From: Tubiluchus corallicola
Lineage: Eukaryota; Animalia; Priapulida
Assembly (NCBI GenBank): GCA_030141605.1
Contig: JAQGDQ010000959.1
Coordinates: 1 to 64,000, forward strand
Length of the DNA: 64,000 nt
Direction of reading: 5' to 3'
The position numbers and the translations under genes are program-made. The notes below the pieces were generated by a model. That model did not search any database and had not been told where the DNA came from. It was given only the letters and a program-made list of their open reading frames with translations. This document shows, in pieces, positions 23,886 through 37,293 of this stretch. How positions within the stretch are numbered: position 1 is the stretch's first letter; the number at the start of each line of letters is the position of its first letter.

Positions 23886-25469
23886 ACTGCTTCACATCAT
23901 CCAGCTGATATTTAATCTCATTCGTCTTACATGGCACCCAATTTACTAAATTGGCAACCCGATGCATGAAATTTGCTCCACGTGTGACTTAAATCTAAGC
24001 ATCTTGCTGATTCAGCAAAATGTATCATAGTTAAATACATGGCTCATTGTACTACCTGTCAATAATAAACATGTGAATACTCAGAGTTTCTTATATTGTT
24101 TTTTCATTACTGAGTTCTCGCAATATAAAAAGCTCAAAAATAGAATGTACAAAAATGATACCAGATTTAATAAAAGCGTTTAAAATGTGTGATAAACATT
24201 TTGGCGATACTGATAAAAGTGATTTTGCATTACGTTTAATACAATCACATACTGTACTGTACGTTCAACTACGTGTGTTTATTTTAGTAATTGGGGCGGC
24301 TTCACCACCCCCCCCCCCCATACTCCCTCGCATCAGTTTCCAAGTGAACTAAATCCTTGCTTCTTTGCTGGTATGTAGGTGTTTGTTCTGTTCTCTCCTA
24401 CTGTACCGTGATATTGTTTGAAGACTATATTTAAGAGTCTATATATATATAATATTGCAGCGTGTAACTGCCCAAGGTTTCGTTTCAACATTTTAGTCTA
24501 TTGTCCGAGTAGGTTATGAATATTATAGCCTTTACCGAGCGTATGTGCGAGGCATAAGATTTATCAACCCGCTGGAAACTTGGCAAAATTAATGCGACAA
24601 GGAATTTTCCGAGTAACTTACCCCCCCCCCCCCCCCCCAACTCAAATTCTGACAGTAAACAGACGAACAGATGAGAATAGATTCCAAAGAGCAGAGTCCG
24701 GTGAAAATCGGCAAAGTTGTAAATGTAAAATCCTGACAGTTATGTGGGGGAAATGTTTCACCTTTCTTACCTCTTATACAACCGATAAACAAGTTTGCAC
24801 AGCTTCAGAGAGCTAGTACAGGAAAAATATGCCCGATTACGATGTTCTTACACTAAATGTACAGCAGGCGTTCACTAATGTAAACAGCAGTTTTCTCGTA
24901 AATGTATGTAAATATTTTTGTTATAACGTAATAGCTATTTTTGCTCGACACGCGTTTCTTAATGCACCACGCATTAGATTCGTCAGCTCTCCAAGACTAA
25001 AATAGAACAGCATTTGTTGTTTATCGTCTTAGTAAGGCAAAATGGAATTTCCTGTTCCGAGTTGCACAGTTACGATGACTAAAGTTTTATTTTTAGACAT
25101 AAAACACAAAATTTTGCACGGGCGGAAATTTCGCGAGTTTTTACCTTTGACCCTCTCCAAAAGTGAACAGCTGCAAATTCATGAGCTGTTAAAAACTTTT
25201 TACTTGTGCCGATTTTACTAAAAATACGTTTCGCGTGTCATAATTTTAAATTTATCGACGTTTCGTTGCATCTCGTAAAGTTTATGAGTGGTCCTGCTTT
25301 GCAAAAATGTTCAAGGAGATGAATTCTTTAAAACTTCTGCGTCGACTTTTTTATTGAAATTTAAACCTTTCGTTAATGGACAATTTATTCATATATTTCG
25401 TTTCATAAACGACTCACTATATAATAAATTTGTTACATTTCTATCAGGAAAATCCAGCATAAAAATTAA

Positions 25470-25640
<171 letters not shown>

Positions 25641-25827
25641 ATATATGTTATAAAATTTACAGTTAGAAATGTATGTCCCACTGATTGTGTTTTTCATTTT
25701 GTGATGTATTATACGTCATTAGTAAGTCTGGATACAGATTAAGTGCAGTTGGTTGTAAAATTTCCGCTTTTTACTCTTATACTTTTGAAACTGGTGATCT
25801 CGAGGCCGAGATGTGTTGTTCCGAAAC

Positions 25828-27070
25828 TTAAAGGACAAGAAAAGGGGCACCTGAAGTAGGTTTCAGAAAAATCGTCTTAAAAAATTATATTACTTTATAG
25901 CAATTTTATGCGTTTATCTTATTCGCACTGAAAGGAATTTTAGTTTGTTTTCATTTTAAATCTCCCGCAATACTGTTCCGATGTCGCCGTTACATGACGT
26001 CATGCACCAAACGTAAATCACGGGAAGAAAAGGCAATGTTAAATTATATCTCAAAAGACTTTCGTGCAAATCTATGTTACTTAGATTTTTGCTTACCTGC
26101 TAGAAAGATTCATGTAACTAGAAAAGAAAATTATTAATTATTTAAAATATTTTCACAAATTGGTAAAATGTCGCTGACTTACCCTACAGGGTGCACCACT
26201 CACTAACAAAAAAACGTATTTTTAATCTTATTGACAAGACACAGTAATTTTAAATTTTATTTAGTTAGTGGCTTGTGCGCTACGAATGCTCTGATTATTT
26301 TTCAAACTTTACACAATGTTATCTAAACTTGTTTCGAATGACCTGTCGTGAAAATGGCTGCGTTTAACGGTCATCGCGGGAGTTTAAATTTACATGTTTT
26401 ATACAGCGTGACTGCCGATTGAAGTCCTTCACGGAAAATGCAGCATGTAAGCGATATAAAATTTCAAAACGAATTTTTCAAGCTTTATGTTTATGAAGGG
26501 TTTTCTTGTGCTTTAAGTTTGGACGAAATATATGTTGTCTCAATTGCTCTTGTTTTTAGTGGCTTAGAAATTTTATTAAAGAGGAAAAAGGCAATATTAA
26601 AGTACGCATGTCCCAAAAAACTTACAAAGTTATATATTACTTTGCATTGCCTTTTCCTGTTTGAGTGACTCAAGTAAATGGTAAAGACAGACCTTAGCAA
26701 TTTAAAATGTTCGCGCAAGCTGGCAAAACGTCACTGACTTCCCAGTGTGCACCACTGATTCATCAAAAAACACTTTGTCAATCTTATTGATACAGGAAAG
26801 TAATTTGAACTTTTTCTTAGTTAGCGAAGTTTGTGCTACGAAAGCTGTGATTATTTTTTCAAACTTTGCGCAATGTTGTCTAACTTGTTTCAAACGACGT
26901 ATCGTTAAAATGGCTTTGCCTAAACGTCATCACGGGCCATTAAATTTAAGTTTTAGACAGCGTTACTGCTAGTGCAAGCTCTGTGCGCAATAAGGCAGTA
27001 TGCAAGTTATACTAGATTTCAAGACTATATTTTTAGCCTTACGTAAGTTAAGGGTTTTCTGGTCCTTTAA
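25828..27070 (+). mobile_element. Kolobok-type MITE family C: full copy 25828-26516 plus a diverged partial second copy 26581-27070
   Basis: TTAA-AGGACAAGAAAAGG...TTTTCTTGTGCT-TTAA; the second copy repeats the interior and ends TTTTCTGGTCCT-TTAA. Confidence 0.7.
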
Positions 27071-29114
27071 ATCTACACGTATATTACTATAATTTACATG
27101 CTAGTGAGCCCCTTTTACCTTATAAATAACCTGCTAACAGTAACGTATGGCTGACAGAAATTTGTGTCCTTTCAACGCACGTTTGAGAAATTTCCACTTA
27201 ATCTTCACGAACTGTGTACTTAATAAGCTCATTATTCTCAGCGTTTAACTGCGGTTTTGCCAAACTTTTTCAGTTGTTTTTTTTTCTAGACGTTCTACTG
27301 TTTTACAGACTTTTCTGAGTGAAGTATACAACTAATTAAGCTCTTGATTGTAGACTGACGCCTGAAGTTGCTTCCACATGCTACGCATTAAGGGGTTTTT
27401 AGCTGTTGAAGCTGGTGAATTCTGGAATACTTATCAACATTCTCTTCCAGGTGGAGCCCCAAGCGCCACAAAGCGTGCAACTCGTTGAAGAGAAAACGAA
27501 AACAAACTCTAAATTGTCCGTTAGACCAGGTTATTATGCATTTTTTATGTTGATTTTTGAATGTCCACATTTAGCGACGTCAACGAGATGTCGTTGTAGG
27601 TACTGTTGTGACTGCATTAATGTTCCTTTTTGAAGACTGCAATATTACATTGTTTGTATGGTTTATAGGTCTGATTTGGCGTCACCCTCGCAGACCCTTG
27701 TTATCGGAAGTCTGCTGTGACATTATATCTGTTCTTGCTACTTTAAATTTTCTCAGCCCTGAGCCCGTGGACATCTCGTGAATTTCGCGTTGGCTTCAAA
27801 ACGTTTTCTCGTTCTCTTGCTGCTTTTCAAATTTTTCCCCTGATCTTTCATCCATGCAGAATGCCTGCTTATATTTCCAGGTTTTCCCTCGGGTCGCGTT
27901 TGTAATTGTTTTCCTGGTTCACTAGAAGAATCACTTCAAAGGTTCAATTCACAGTGACCGAACGGTCTCGAGAGGCCAGTAAGTTTTGGTGCGGTCGTAA
28001 AGAATTGTGCGAAGCCACTTTTAAACCTGACATTTTATAGGTCAGAATGTTGAGAGACCACCAACAATTTGTTAGCTCAAGTCACACTGATCCTATGTAA
28101 CCTTCAACATGTGTTTTTTCCAGTGGAGCGCGAAAAATTCCTCCAAATCAGCACTTGTGAGGGTTAAACCTGAGCAACTGTTGCAGCTGCTAAGATGGCG
28201 GCTGTCAATATATAGACTGTACTCTTCCGAAGCCTGAGCGCCAATTATAAACACGCAGAAGTGTTGATTGGAAAATAACAAACACATTGGCGTTCTACAT
28301 GACTGAAAATTCTAAGCATCCCTTGCAAAAGTCAAAACAATAAGAAGCGATCTTATAGTAACAGTAGCTGCAGCTGTAGCTGAAAGTAAACACGTGTTAT
28401 ATATCGACCTTAGACTCTTTATACTTTTTCTGTGAGGAAGTAAAACCCTTTTTTCGAATTTGTCTTGATTATGTATACAAGACATCACAGTCTGTTAACT
28501 TAAATAAATACGGGAAATCAATTGTTTTTCCAGCTGCAAATTTATCACAGTCGAATTGAGTTCAACTTGAGGGTCACATATTAATATTTTTTCATGCACT
28601 TCGCAGTAATTCTCATCTCAGCCGTTGTAGTTTTAATTGCTGACATAACTGAGCTTCATTGTCGACTTACACTAGGTTTATCATTAACGAACTTTATATA
28701 AAAAAACCTCAGTGAGTGTTGATAATTATGGTCATTTACGGGATAATTACTGTCATTTCGGTTGAATTATCGAGTATTGATAAATATTGGCTGGCTTCAG
28801 TTAATTACAATGTATTGCTAAAGCCACTATTAATTTATTTAAGGGAAAAGATTAAGCATCTTCAAATTGTAAGGTAGATAGGTAGATAGGTACAGGTTGC
28901 ATGGACTTGGCATTGTCTTACATATTCATGAGATTTCTGGAATTTTTCTACATTATAGTCTCTGCGACTGCACAGGTGACATAAATAATTTTCTACGTAC
29001 ACATCCTTAATTTCGCCTTTTAGTAATTATACATTCGAGCTGTCTGGCACTCAAATGTTGGAGTTAACTAGAAGAGGATCAGTTCCCACACCGGAGCTTT
29101 TGTGATACAATTAT

Positions 29115-29536
29115 CAGTGGCGGATTTAGTGGGTGGGCCCTTCATAGTAGCAATTACAGTACACCAAGTGAATTTTCTCTAGATTATAAGCTAGAACGTT
29201 TAGTGGTAGCTTTTAATGACTTATATCGAGTTGAAAGTTCTGCATTAATGATTTCAGTGTAAAAACGTTTGTGCCCTTTAAGTGATAATTGAAGTTTTAG
29301 GCAAAGATGTCGCTGTGCGCAATTATATGTTACACTAGGGTGTATACTAGTATATTGGTGTGTAATTAAGAGTCAAAAGTTTGAAGTGACATAATGAGTT
29401 TTAAAATATTGAATTTACTTTAGGAAATAGTAAGAAGAATGGTCTAAAATGCAGTAAAATGCATCGGCAGCCGGGGTTCCCCAGACCCCCTAGCTAGTTG
29501 GACCCACCCTTTTTCCAAAGCCTGTATCCGCCGCTG
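29115..29536. mobile_element. Non-autonomous DNA transposon (CAGTGGCGGAT-type termini)
   Basis: CAGTGGCGGAT...ATCCGCCGCTG TIRs flanked by AT on both sides; superfamily unresolved. Confidence 0.65.
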
Positions 29537-29954
29537 ATTATGGTGACGCAGTCTCTAGAGACAGTCCATTCAAGTTGTCAACATAAGACTCAGGGCGAGT
29601 ATGGAAGTCTCTGGCAAATTCTGTACGTTAATTGAAAAGTATCGGGTTTTCTGCTGAACTGCTTCAAAAACCTATTTCTACTATGTGAATAATGAATATG
29701 ATTAATCAATGGCTGATGAATTGAATAAGCTGAGCACTGCATAATTATTAGATTGCAATCGCGAAGCAGATCCAGAGGTGGAACAGTTCACATCTGCTTT
29801 CAAATTAAACATTTGTTTGGCACAGGTGCTGTAGTTAATCTCCTACGTATCTAGAGACTGAATAGAGAAAAGTAATTGCCCAAGTTAATTGTAGAATTTC
29901 AAGTTTTCCAATTCGCATCCACTAAACATCGCTTAACTGTGTCTTGCTTCAATC

Positions 29955-30150
29955 CACACCTAGTCACACGTTCTTAGTCACCTAGTCACACGTTCTTTGT
30001 CACCTAGTCACACCTAGTCACACGTTCTTAGTCACACCTAGTCACACGTTCTTAGTCACTTAGTCACACCTAGTCACACGTTCTTAGTCACCAACCAAGT
30101 CACACCTAGTCACCTAGTCACACGTTCTTAGTCACACCTAGTCACACGTT
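29955..30150. repeat. Irregular tandem repeat of CACCTAGTCA / CACGTTCTTAGT modules
   Basis: Seen directly. Confidence 0.85.
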
Positions 30151-30915
30151 CGTTTTTATTTCTCCCCTGTAAATACAATGAATGATTACTGATTCTTCTG
30201 TGTGTTGGAATTCACTTAATGAACTGCTTAACTCTCTGTACTGCATCATTCATGGCCAGCAGAAAGCGATCAGTATGCAAAACAGTATGTACTACACCCA
30301 CTTGGGGGTGTGGAATGCCCCACATTGCACCTTTGGGTCCTCATGGTGCTCCGAGACGTTCTGCTGATTAGTCTGCCCCCGTGAATATCTCAGTGAGTTA
30401 CCAGCTTGCACTTCTTGGATGACCTCAGATTTGGTCATCGCCACACAGTATACGGTATCAGCAGTTAACTGGAGATGACCCGTTTAACACGTTACCTTGC
30501 TGCAATGACGAACCACTGTGAACACTCCCTCTGTAACCGACACAGAAATAGCATAAAATGGTGGCGAATACGTAAAAGAGAAACTCGCTCCTCCGATGTC
30601 GTCCAAGTTCCACGAATCCAGTGCTCATGGTCACTATTTAGTGTTAAAGGACAACAGCTAGCTAAGCAAAAAAATTTAAACTGCTAATATGAACACGAGA
30701 ACGAAAATAAACAATTGCAGTAAAAACAAAGTCAGTGGAAGAATCGAAATTCCGACGCCTGTCAAGTCATACTGTCACGGGACAATGATAAGCGGACTTG
30801 GAAAAATAGTAGTCATGGTAACAATTGTTCTGATGATCTTCGTCTAATCACGTGACAGAGATGAGACTGATTCCTTGAATTCTTGGAAACGATTCTAATT
30901 TTCTAAGTACATCAC

Positions 30916-30995
30916 TACAATACAATACAATGCAATACAATACAATACAATACAATACAATACAATACAATACAATACAATACAATACAATACAA
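30916..30995. repeat. (TACAA)n microsatellite
   Basis: Seen directly; it resumes at 31774-31785 after the LINE insertion. Confidence 0.95.
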
Positions 30996-31771
30996 AGAAG
31001 AAACTACAGGAACGTTCTAGGAATGAAATGGCCAAAGAATATGTCAAACCAGGATCTGTACAATAAAGTCAAAGCAGAAGAATGGACAGTTAAAATCAAA
31101 AGAAGATTAAGATGGATAGGACATGTTATGCGGCTACCAGATGACAGTCCATTAAAAATAGTTTCAAAGAAGCACTGCAGGAAGAAAAGAAACCGCAAGG
31201 AGGACAACTGCTGACTTATATCAATTTCATCCAAAAAGATCTTACCAACACACCATTAGATATCAGAAATCAGAGACATGGGAGGTTGCCGGTGACAGGG
31301 CAGCATGGAGTAAAGTGATCAGGAGGGTCATGTCAAACGACGTGTGACTCGAGAAACATGGGAGGTTGTGGGTGACAGGGCAGCATGGAGTAAAGTGATC
31401 AGGAAGGTCAGGTCAAACGACGTGTGACTCCAGAGACATGGGAGGTTGCGGGTGACAGGGCAGCATGGAGTAAAGTGATCAGGAGGGTCATGTCAAACGA
31501 CGTGTGACTCCAGAGACATGGGAGGTTGCGGGTGACAGGGCAGCATGGAGTAAAGTGATCAGGAGGGTCATGTCAAACGACGTGTGACTCCAGAGACATG
31601 GGAGGTTGTGGGTGACAGGGCAGCATGGAGTAAAGTGATCAGGAGGATCATGTCAAGCGACGTGTGACTCCAGAAACATGGGAGGTTGCCGGTGACAGGG
31701 CAGCATGGAGTAAAGTGATCAGGAGGGTCATGTCAAGCGACGTGTAACTCCAGAGATGATGATGATGATGA
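30996..31771 (+). mobile_element. 5'-truncated RTE-clade LINE with its last 80 bp repeated six times and a (GAT)n tail
   Basis: Peptide NVLGMKWPKNMSNQDLY...IKRRLRWIGHVMRLPDD is typical of the RTE ORF C-terminal region. 80-bp units start at 31271, 31351, 31431, 31511, 31591 and 31671; (GAT)n at 31755-31771. Confidence 0.8.
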
Positions 31772-32436
31772 CCTACAATACAATATAGTTAGGAATTAGT
31801 GAATGAATGATGATAAGTAGAATGATTAAATTTTCTTTCAATAACAATTAATGCGTTAAAAATAGTAATTCGTCCTCTTAGTATGCCGTAATTATTGCAT
31901 AATTGGAGAGCACGACGTAACATAACATAACATGAATGACTTCGTAATTTTGTGTTAGTAAAGTTATGAAAAGAAATTACTTCATTTTGTCACCAATAAT
32001 TTCAGTTCACAGTTCATAAGTAGATTAGACTATAATCTCTCAGATATCAAAATGGCGGCCTGTGTGAATTTTTTACGTTTTTTTCAAATAAAAGTGACGG
32101 TTGTAAGTGTGTTTTCTTTTTCTTTTTTTGCAAATGCCTATGTGCACTTTTTTATTTTTTTACCCAGTAATTATTTCGCTTTTTAATTTTTTATTCCTTA
32201 CATAATTGTTTTTAATTTGTTTTCCTATGTTTTTTGAAAATATTCTTTTTTGTCATGGACATCAGCGTCATCATGGTTTCCACTGTTGTCATCATCATCA
32301 TCATCATCACCTTCCCATTACTTAAGTCACCGCCCGATGACCACTGTCATGTACATCTTTACTGCTAAATCAGCGCGCCTCATAAAAATGTTCTCTGGAA
32401 CTTCATTTTTTAACAGTTACCCGTTTTGGAGAACTA

Positions 32437-32722
32437 TTCACCTGAAATAGTGGTTTAGTTGCCTTGACTCGGGACTATCTTACCTGTGTGAAAACTTCAC
32501 CTAGTTCCATCTGCAGGAACTTACTGGTGATGGAATACATGTGAGGACAACTCACATCCTCTGATGATGTCTCCGAGTTATTCACCTGAAATATTAGTTT
32601 TATTTACCTTAACTCGGGACTCTCTTACCTGTGTGAAAACTTCACCTAGACAGCATCTGCAGAAACCTATTGGTGATGGAATACATGTGAGGAACACTCA
32701 CATCCTCTGATGATGTCTCCGG
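32437..32722 (+). repeat. 144-bp tandem duplication, possibly a Penelope-like pseudo-LTR remnant
   Basis: Two diverged copies starting at 32437 and 32581; each ends with the hairpin ATGTGAG-N5/6-CTCACAT followed by CTGATGATGTCTCC. Confidence 0.6.
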
Positions 32723-33815
32723 GTAATTAATGAATAGTCTTGACTAATAAGAAACTGAATATTGGTGTCATTGTTAGTTGCAACATATTTTAAATAGAAG
32801 CTGACAGTATGTAAAGACATTCAGTCTTCCTGGCTTGATCTTCATAATGTGACGACATCAATCTGACTACAGACTTTTTGTAAAAAAAACAGATTTCTGT
32901 CTACCTTGATCTCTTGAATGAAAGCTCTACGTATGGATACCATTAACGCCTAAGTGTTTCCAGTTTTTAGATCAAACCACAGATTTTTCAAGATAGATTC
33001 TGTCTGTTGCTGGTTGTGACGAGCTTTCCCCGAACATCAGCTTATGATAACGCTGTGCTTTCGGCAGCTGCAGCAGTTATGGTGCCCGTTATAAATAGTT
33101 TTTAGTTCACTAGATCTCTTTACACTGGTGCATTTAGCTGAGCCATTCCATGTTTAGCACGCCTCGGCAGGCAAACACTTGAAGAATCCCCAAGTTTTAA
33201 ACCCATAAACATGTCATGGTAGCTGACATTTCAAATCGTCTGCCCTAGATACCGACTCGGCGAGTTTTCTGAAAGAAATCATTCATTGCGTGGGTGTGAG
33301 CGTCCGCCACAAAAACAACGTTTGAAACCGGAAAAAGCTGCGATGTTTTTACACTCAATCAGTAGGAGGTCTTGTCCTTCAGCTGAAATGCATACCTTGA
33401 AAGTAAGTGCAAGTTAGAACCTTGGTTTCATTCTGTAATACGTGACTACAGATAACGTGCTCTGGATTCTTTGCATGTGTGCTGTGCGGTACTTCTAGAA
33501 TCTGGCACCAAATCAAACGATTTTTATGAATTTAATACAGTGCAGTTTAGACTATACTGTACATCTACCTGATAGGACATCTCAGATCGAAACGTCGTAT
33601 GGCTTTTTAATTGCGTTTGTGTCTTTCTGAGATTTTGAAGAATGGATGCAGCTTATAAAAAATTCATACATTAGAAGGTTGTTGTTCTTCTGATCCTCAA
33701 AACGGAAATTTTCGCTTCAGAGGTTGTCAATCGTTTAATGAGCATTTGTGTAACTTTTGTCATCGCTTGCGGAAGGAAACAGCCTCATTTTTTACCTGGC
33801 AAATTCCCGCTGGTC

Positions 33816-34353
33816 TTAAAAGAAAACCGGACGATTGTGTAAACATTAGTTCAGAATAAAGAATGGTCTAAAATATTGAAAAGTAGAACAGCTTTTTTTA
33901 AATGAAAGCTTAGATTAAATAATAATTACCTCGGATACTCAAATTTCGTTAAACTTTCAAAGTTACGCGCGGCTCAGTGAATCTGCTAAGACTGGCAGTG
34001 GCGCCTTTTTGTCACATTCCTGTGGCCGACAAATAGAAGGCGGTACTGTGATAACTGCGTGTTAGTTTCTGACATTAAGTGATGTAGAGTCCATTTTCGT
34101 GACATCATGCGTTTAAGCACTAACATACGCAAACGTACTTGACGGGCAAGGGAAGATGCCTGTCATTGCATAAACTATGGTTAGTTTCTGACGTAAGCAA
34201 TAGCTGTGTTCGGTTCCCGTTAATTAACTTTCTAAACTATTATTAAAATTATTATTAGAAACAATTGCTAACTCTTATATGCAAGAAAATGTATATTTTG
34301 AACAGTAAATTAAAACCAGATTGAGTGTAAACAATCGTCCGGTCTTCCTTTAA
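33816..34353 (+). mobile_element. Kolobok-type MITE family A, full length
   Basis: TTAA-flanked, TIR A(A/G)GAAAACCGGACGATTGT/ACAATCGTCCGGTCTTCCT. Confidence 0.88.
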
Positions 34354-35071
34354 GTAGTTCAAATTTATTTCAAAATTTAAGGGCTGGAAGAAATTTCCAT
34401 TGCCCTTCCGGTTCTGTTGTTCTAACCTTGCTTATTATTAGTTTTCATAAGTTCGTTCTGTGTGATATATTTAACTTGCGTGACTGAGTGACTGAAGCCT
34501 TCCGCGGCTTTATGCTCTGCTTTGCAATCACGTTACCTATATAATGGCACGCGTGAAGAACGTTTCTATTAAACTTTCTATAATAACTGTAACCATCATA
34601 GCCGTTTCACGTGTCTAAGTGGCTGGCATCATCGTAAATTATTAAGCACCATTAGGCGATTGCCAACCACTAAATTCTTATTTAATAAATTAATCTCTTG
34701 TTCGGGAGTTGTCGATGCAATTTCCCGGGGGGCTTGTGAAGCTATTCGATTAATTGATGATACTCATTAAGGTTATGAGAATGATGGAGACTTATCACGT
34801 ATACTCCTAAGCTCCTTGTTATATTGTCCCATAATGATATTAGCGGTGATTATATATGCATGATTTCTTATGCACAATATGCAATATAGACTAAACTTCC
34901 GATTAATTGTACCGTATGTTACGGTACATCTTGACTCTTCAGCATTATGACTATGAGTCAGTGAAATGGGAACTTATTATATTATTGTAGTATCCACCCA
35001 ACTGCTGCCTGTTGATTTAATATCGCATTACATTTCCCTTACTTTTCAAGCAGTTAAAATTACTAGTGAGC

Positions 35072-35383
35072 AATAGTAAATTGACTAAACTGTATCTGCA
35101 GTTACGTCCAAGGTACCTAGTGTAACCTCAACTTCTATACCTATCTACTGTCTGCTAGACATTTACGTATTCCTCTCATATAAAGGAAAAGCCAGGTCTT
35201 TTGTGAAGAGAGGCTTATTTCAATGTTAATAGTAAATTGACAAAACTGTATCTGCAGTTACGTCCAAGGTACCTTGTGTAACATCAACTTCTATACCTAT
35301 CTACAGTCGGCTAGACATTTACGTATTCCTCTCATATAAAGGAAAAGCCAGGTCTTTTGTGAAGAGAGGCTTATTTCAATGTT
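35072..35383. repeat. 156-bp tandem duplication (2 copies)
   Basis: Copies start at 35072 and 35228 and differ by a few substitutions. Confidence 0.9.
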
Positions 35384-35563
35384 CGTGAAAAATTTTACTA
35401 GTTTTCTGCAGTAAAAATGCGATAAGCACCTGTAACTTTGAAGTTGTGCTCATTTCACGCTTGGGCGCTTCCATTTTGAACGCCCTTTTATCCACCAATG
35501 ACGTCATTCTTCGACTGAAATTAAGAAACGGACTGTCAATGTCTGTCAGAGGATTACATTCTA

Positions 35564-36460
35564 GTGTAGAAGCTGCTAGAGTTAACGTATTTCCCTGTGT
35601 AGAAGCTGCTAGAGTTAACGTATTTCCCTGTGTAGAAGCTGCTAGAGTTAACGTATTTCCCTGTGTAGAAGCTGCTAGAGTTAACGTATTTCCCTGTGTA
35701 GAAGCTGCTAGAGTTAACGTATTTCCCTGTGTAGAAGCTGCTAGAGTTAACGTATTTCCCTGTGTAAAAGCTGCTAGAGTTAACGTATTTCCCTGTGTAG
35801 AAGCTGCTAGAGTTAACGTATTTCCCTGTGTAAAAGCTGCTAGAGTTAACGTATTTCCCTGTGTAGAAGCTGCTAGAGTTAACGTATTTCCCTGTGTAAA
35901 AGCTGCTAGAGTTAACGTATTTCCCTGTGTAGAAGCTGCTAGAGTTAACGTATTTCCCTGTGTAAAAGCTGCTAGAGTTAACGTATTTCCCTGTGTAGAA
36001 GCTGTTAGAGTTAACGTATTTCCCTGTGTGGAAGCTGCTAGAGTTAACGTATTTCCCTGTGTGGAAGCTGCTAGAGTTAACGTATTTCCCTGTGTAAAAG
36101 CTGCTAGAGTTAACGTATTTCCCTGTGTAAAAGCTGCTAGAGTTAACGTATTTCCCTGTGTAAAAGCTGCTAGAGTTAACGCATTTCCCTGTGTATAAAC
36201 TGCTAGAGTTAACGTATTTCCCTGTGTAGAAGCTGCTAGAGTTAACGTATTTCCCTGTGTAGAAGCTGTTAGAGTTAACGTATTTCCCTGTGTAGAAGCT
36301 GCTAGAGTTAACGTATTTCCCTGTGTAAAAGCTGCTAGAGTTAACGTGTTTCCCTATGTGGAAGCTGCTAGAGTTAACGTGTTTCCCTGTGTAGAAGCTG
36401 CTAGAGTTAACGTATTTCCCTGTGTAGAAGCTGCTAGAGTTAACGTATTTCGCTGTAGAA
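35564..36460. repeat. Minisatellite, 33-bp unit TGTAGAAGCTGCTAGAGTTAACGTATTTCCCTG, about 27 copies
   Basis: Direct tandem repeat that explains ORFs 35446-36198 and 35554-36495. Confidence 0.97.
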
Positions 36461-37083
36461 GGTAAAAAACTACACGTAAGTGTTTTCCGTACCATTAACT
36501 TTTCCCAGGAACTGCTTCTATGTAGAACTCCGTGAACTTCTCTTCAATAAACCTGGGCACTTTAAGAGAAACTTCAATATATATATGTATTGTGATATTT
36601 GTATGTATAAACGACTAATGAATTCCAGCGCGTGACCACGATGCTCGTGAATGCGTTATTGATACGTCTTAATAATGTGAATATTAGGCTGACCTAGAAC
36701 AAGGAGTCACGTCATACACGTAACTATTAGTAACCCAGCTTATTAAAAATCGCTTAAGATAATAACAGCAATCAGTTACGTTGACGATATATTTAGTTAC
36801 TAGGTTACGAATGTGCAGGAAATTGAGTTATCTGCAGCCTGGGCGGAGAAACAGCGGTATATTAGCGAGAAGCCGCGGGAACGAATGCTATTTCAATTTG
36901 GCTTCCTTGGCAAATCAATATAGCAAGGCACTTTCTAATCCGATTTTTTCATAAAATCTTCCGTTCTTTGCTTGATCATCAGGCTATCATCAAAGGAGAA
37001 AATAGATATTAAAACCTATTATAGTTCTTTGATGAAACTACACTATAATTTTGAGATGTTGCTCAGTCAAATGTCATAATAAA

Positions 37084-37101
37084 ATGATGATGATGATGAT
37101 G

Positions 37102-37155
<54 letters not shown>

Positions 37156-37200
37156 TATTGTTAATAATAATATATTGTTAATAATAATATAATAATAATA
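37084..37200. repeat. (GAT)n/(AAT)n microsatellite
   Basis: Seen directly. Confidence 0.9.
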
Positions 37201-37293
37201 CGGATCACAATAATTAGTTTGTTGAATTTCTTGAAAGGAAACCGGTGGCAAACAAAGCGTACCTCTGTAGTTTGTGAAAAAATTCTCGCAAGC

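Noticed and set aside
33566-33600. Minimal hammerhead (CTGATAG..GAAACGTC)
   Set aside because: The core deviates from CUGANGA and the stems are only 1-3 bp; at most a decayed remnant.
35446-36495. 250 and 313 aa ORFs
   Set aside because: Translations of the 33-bp minisatellite, open on both strands.
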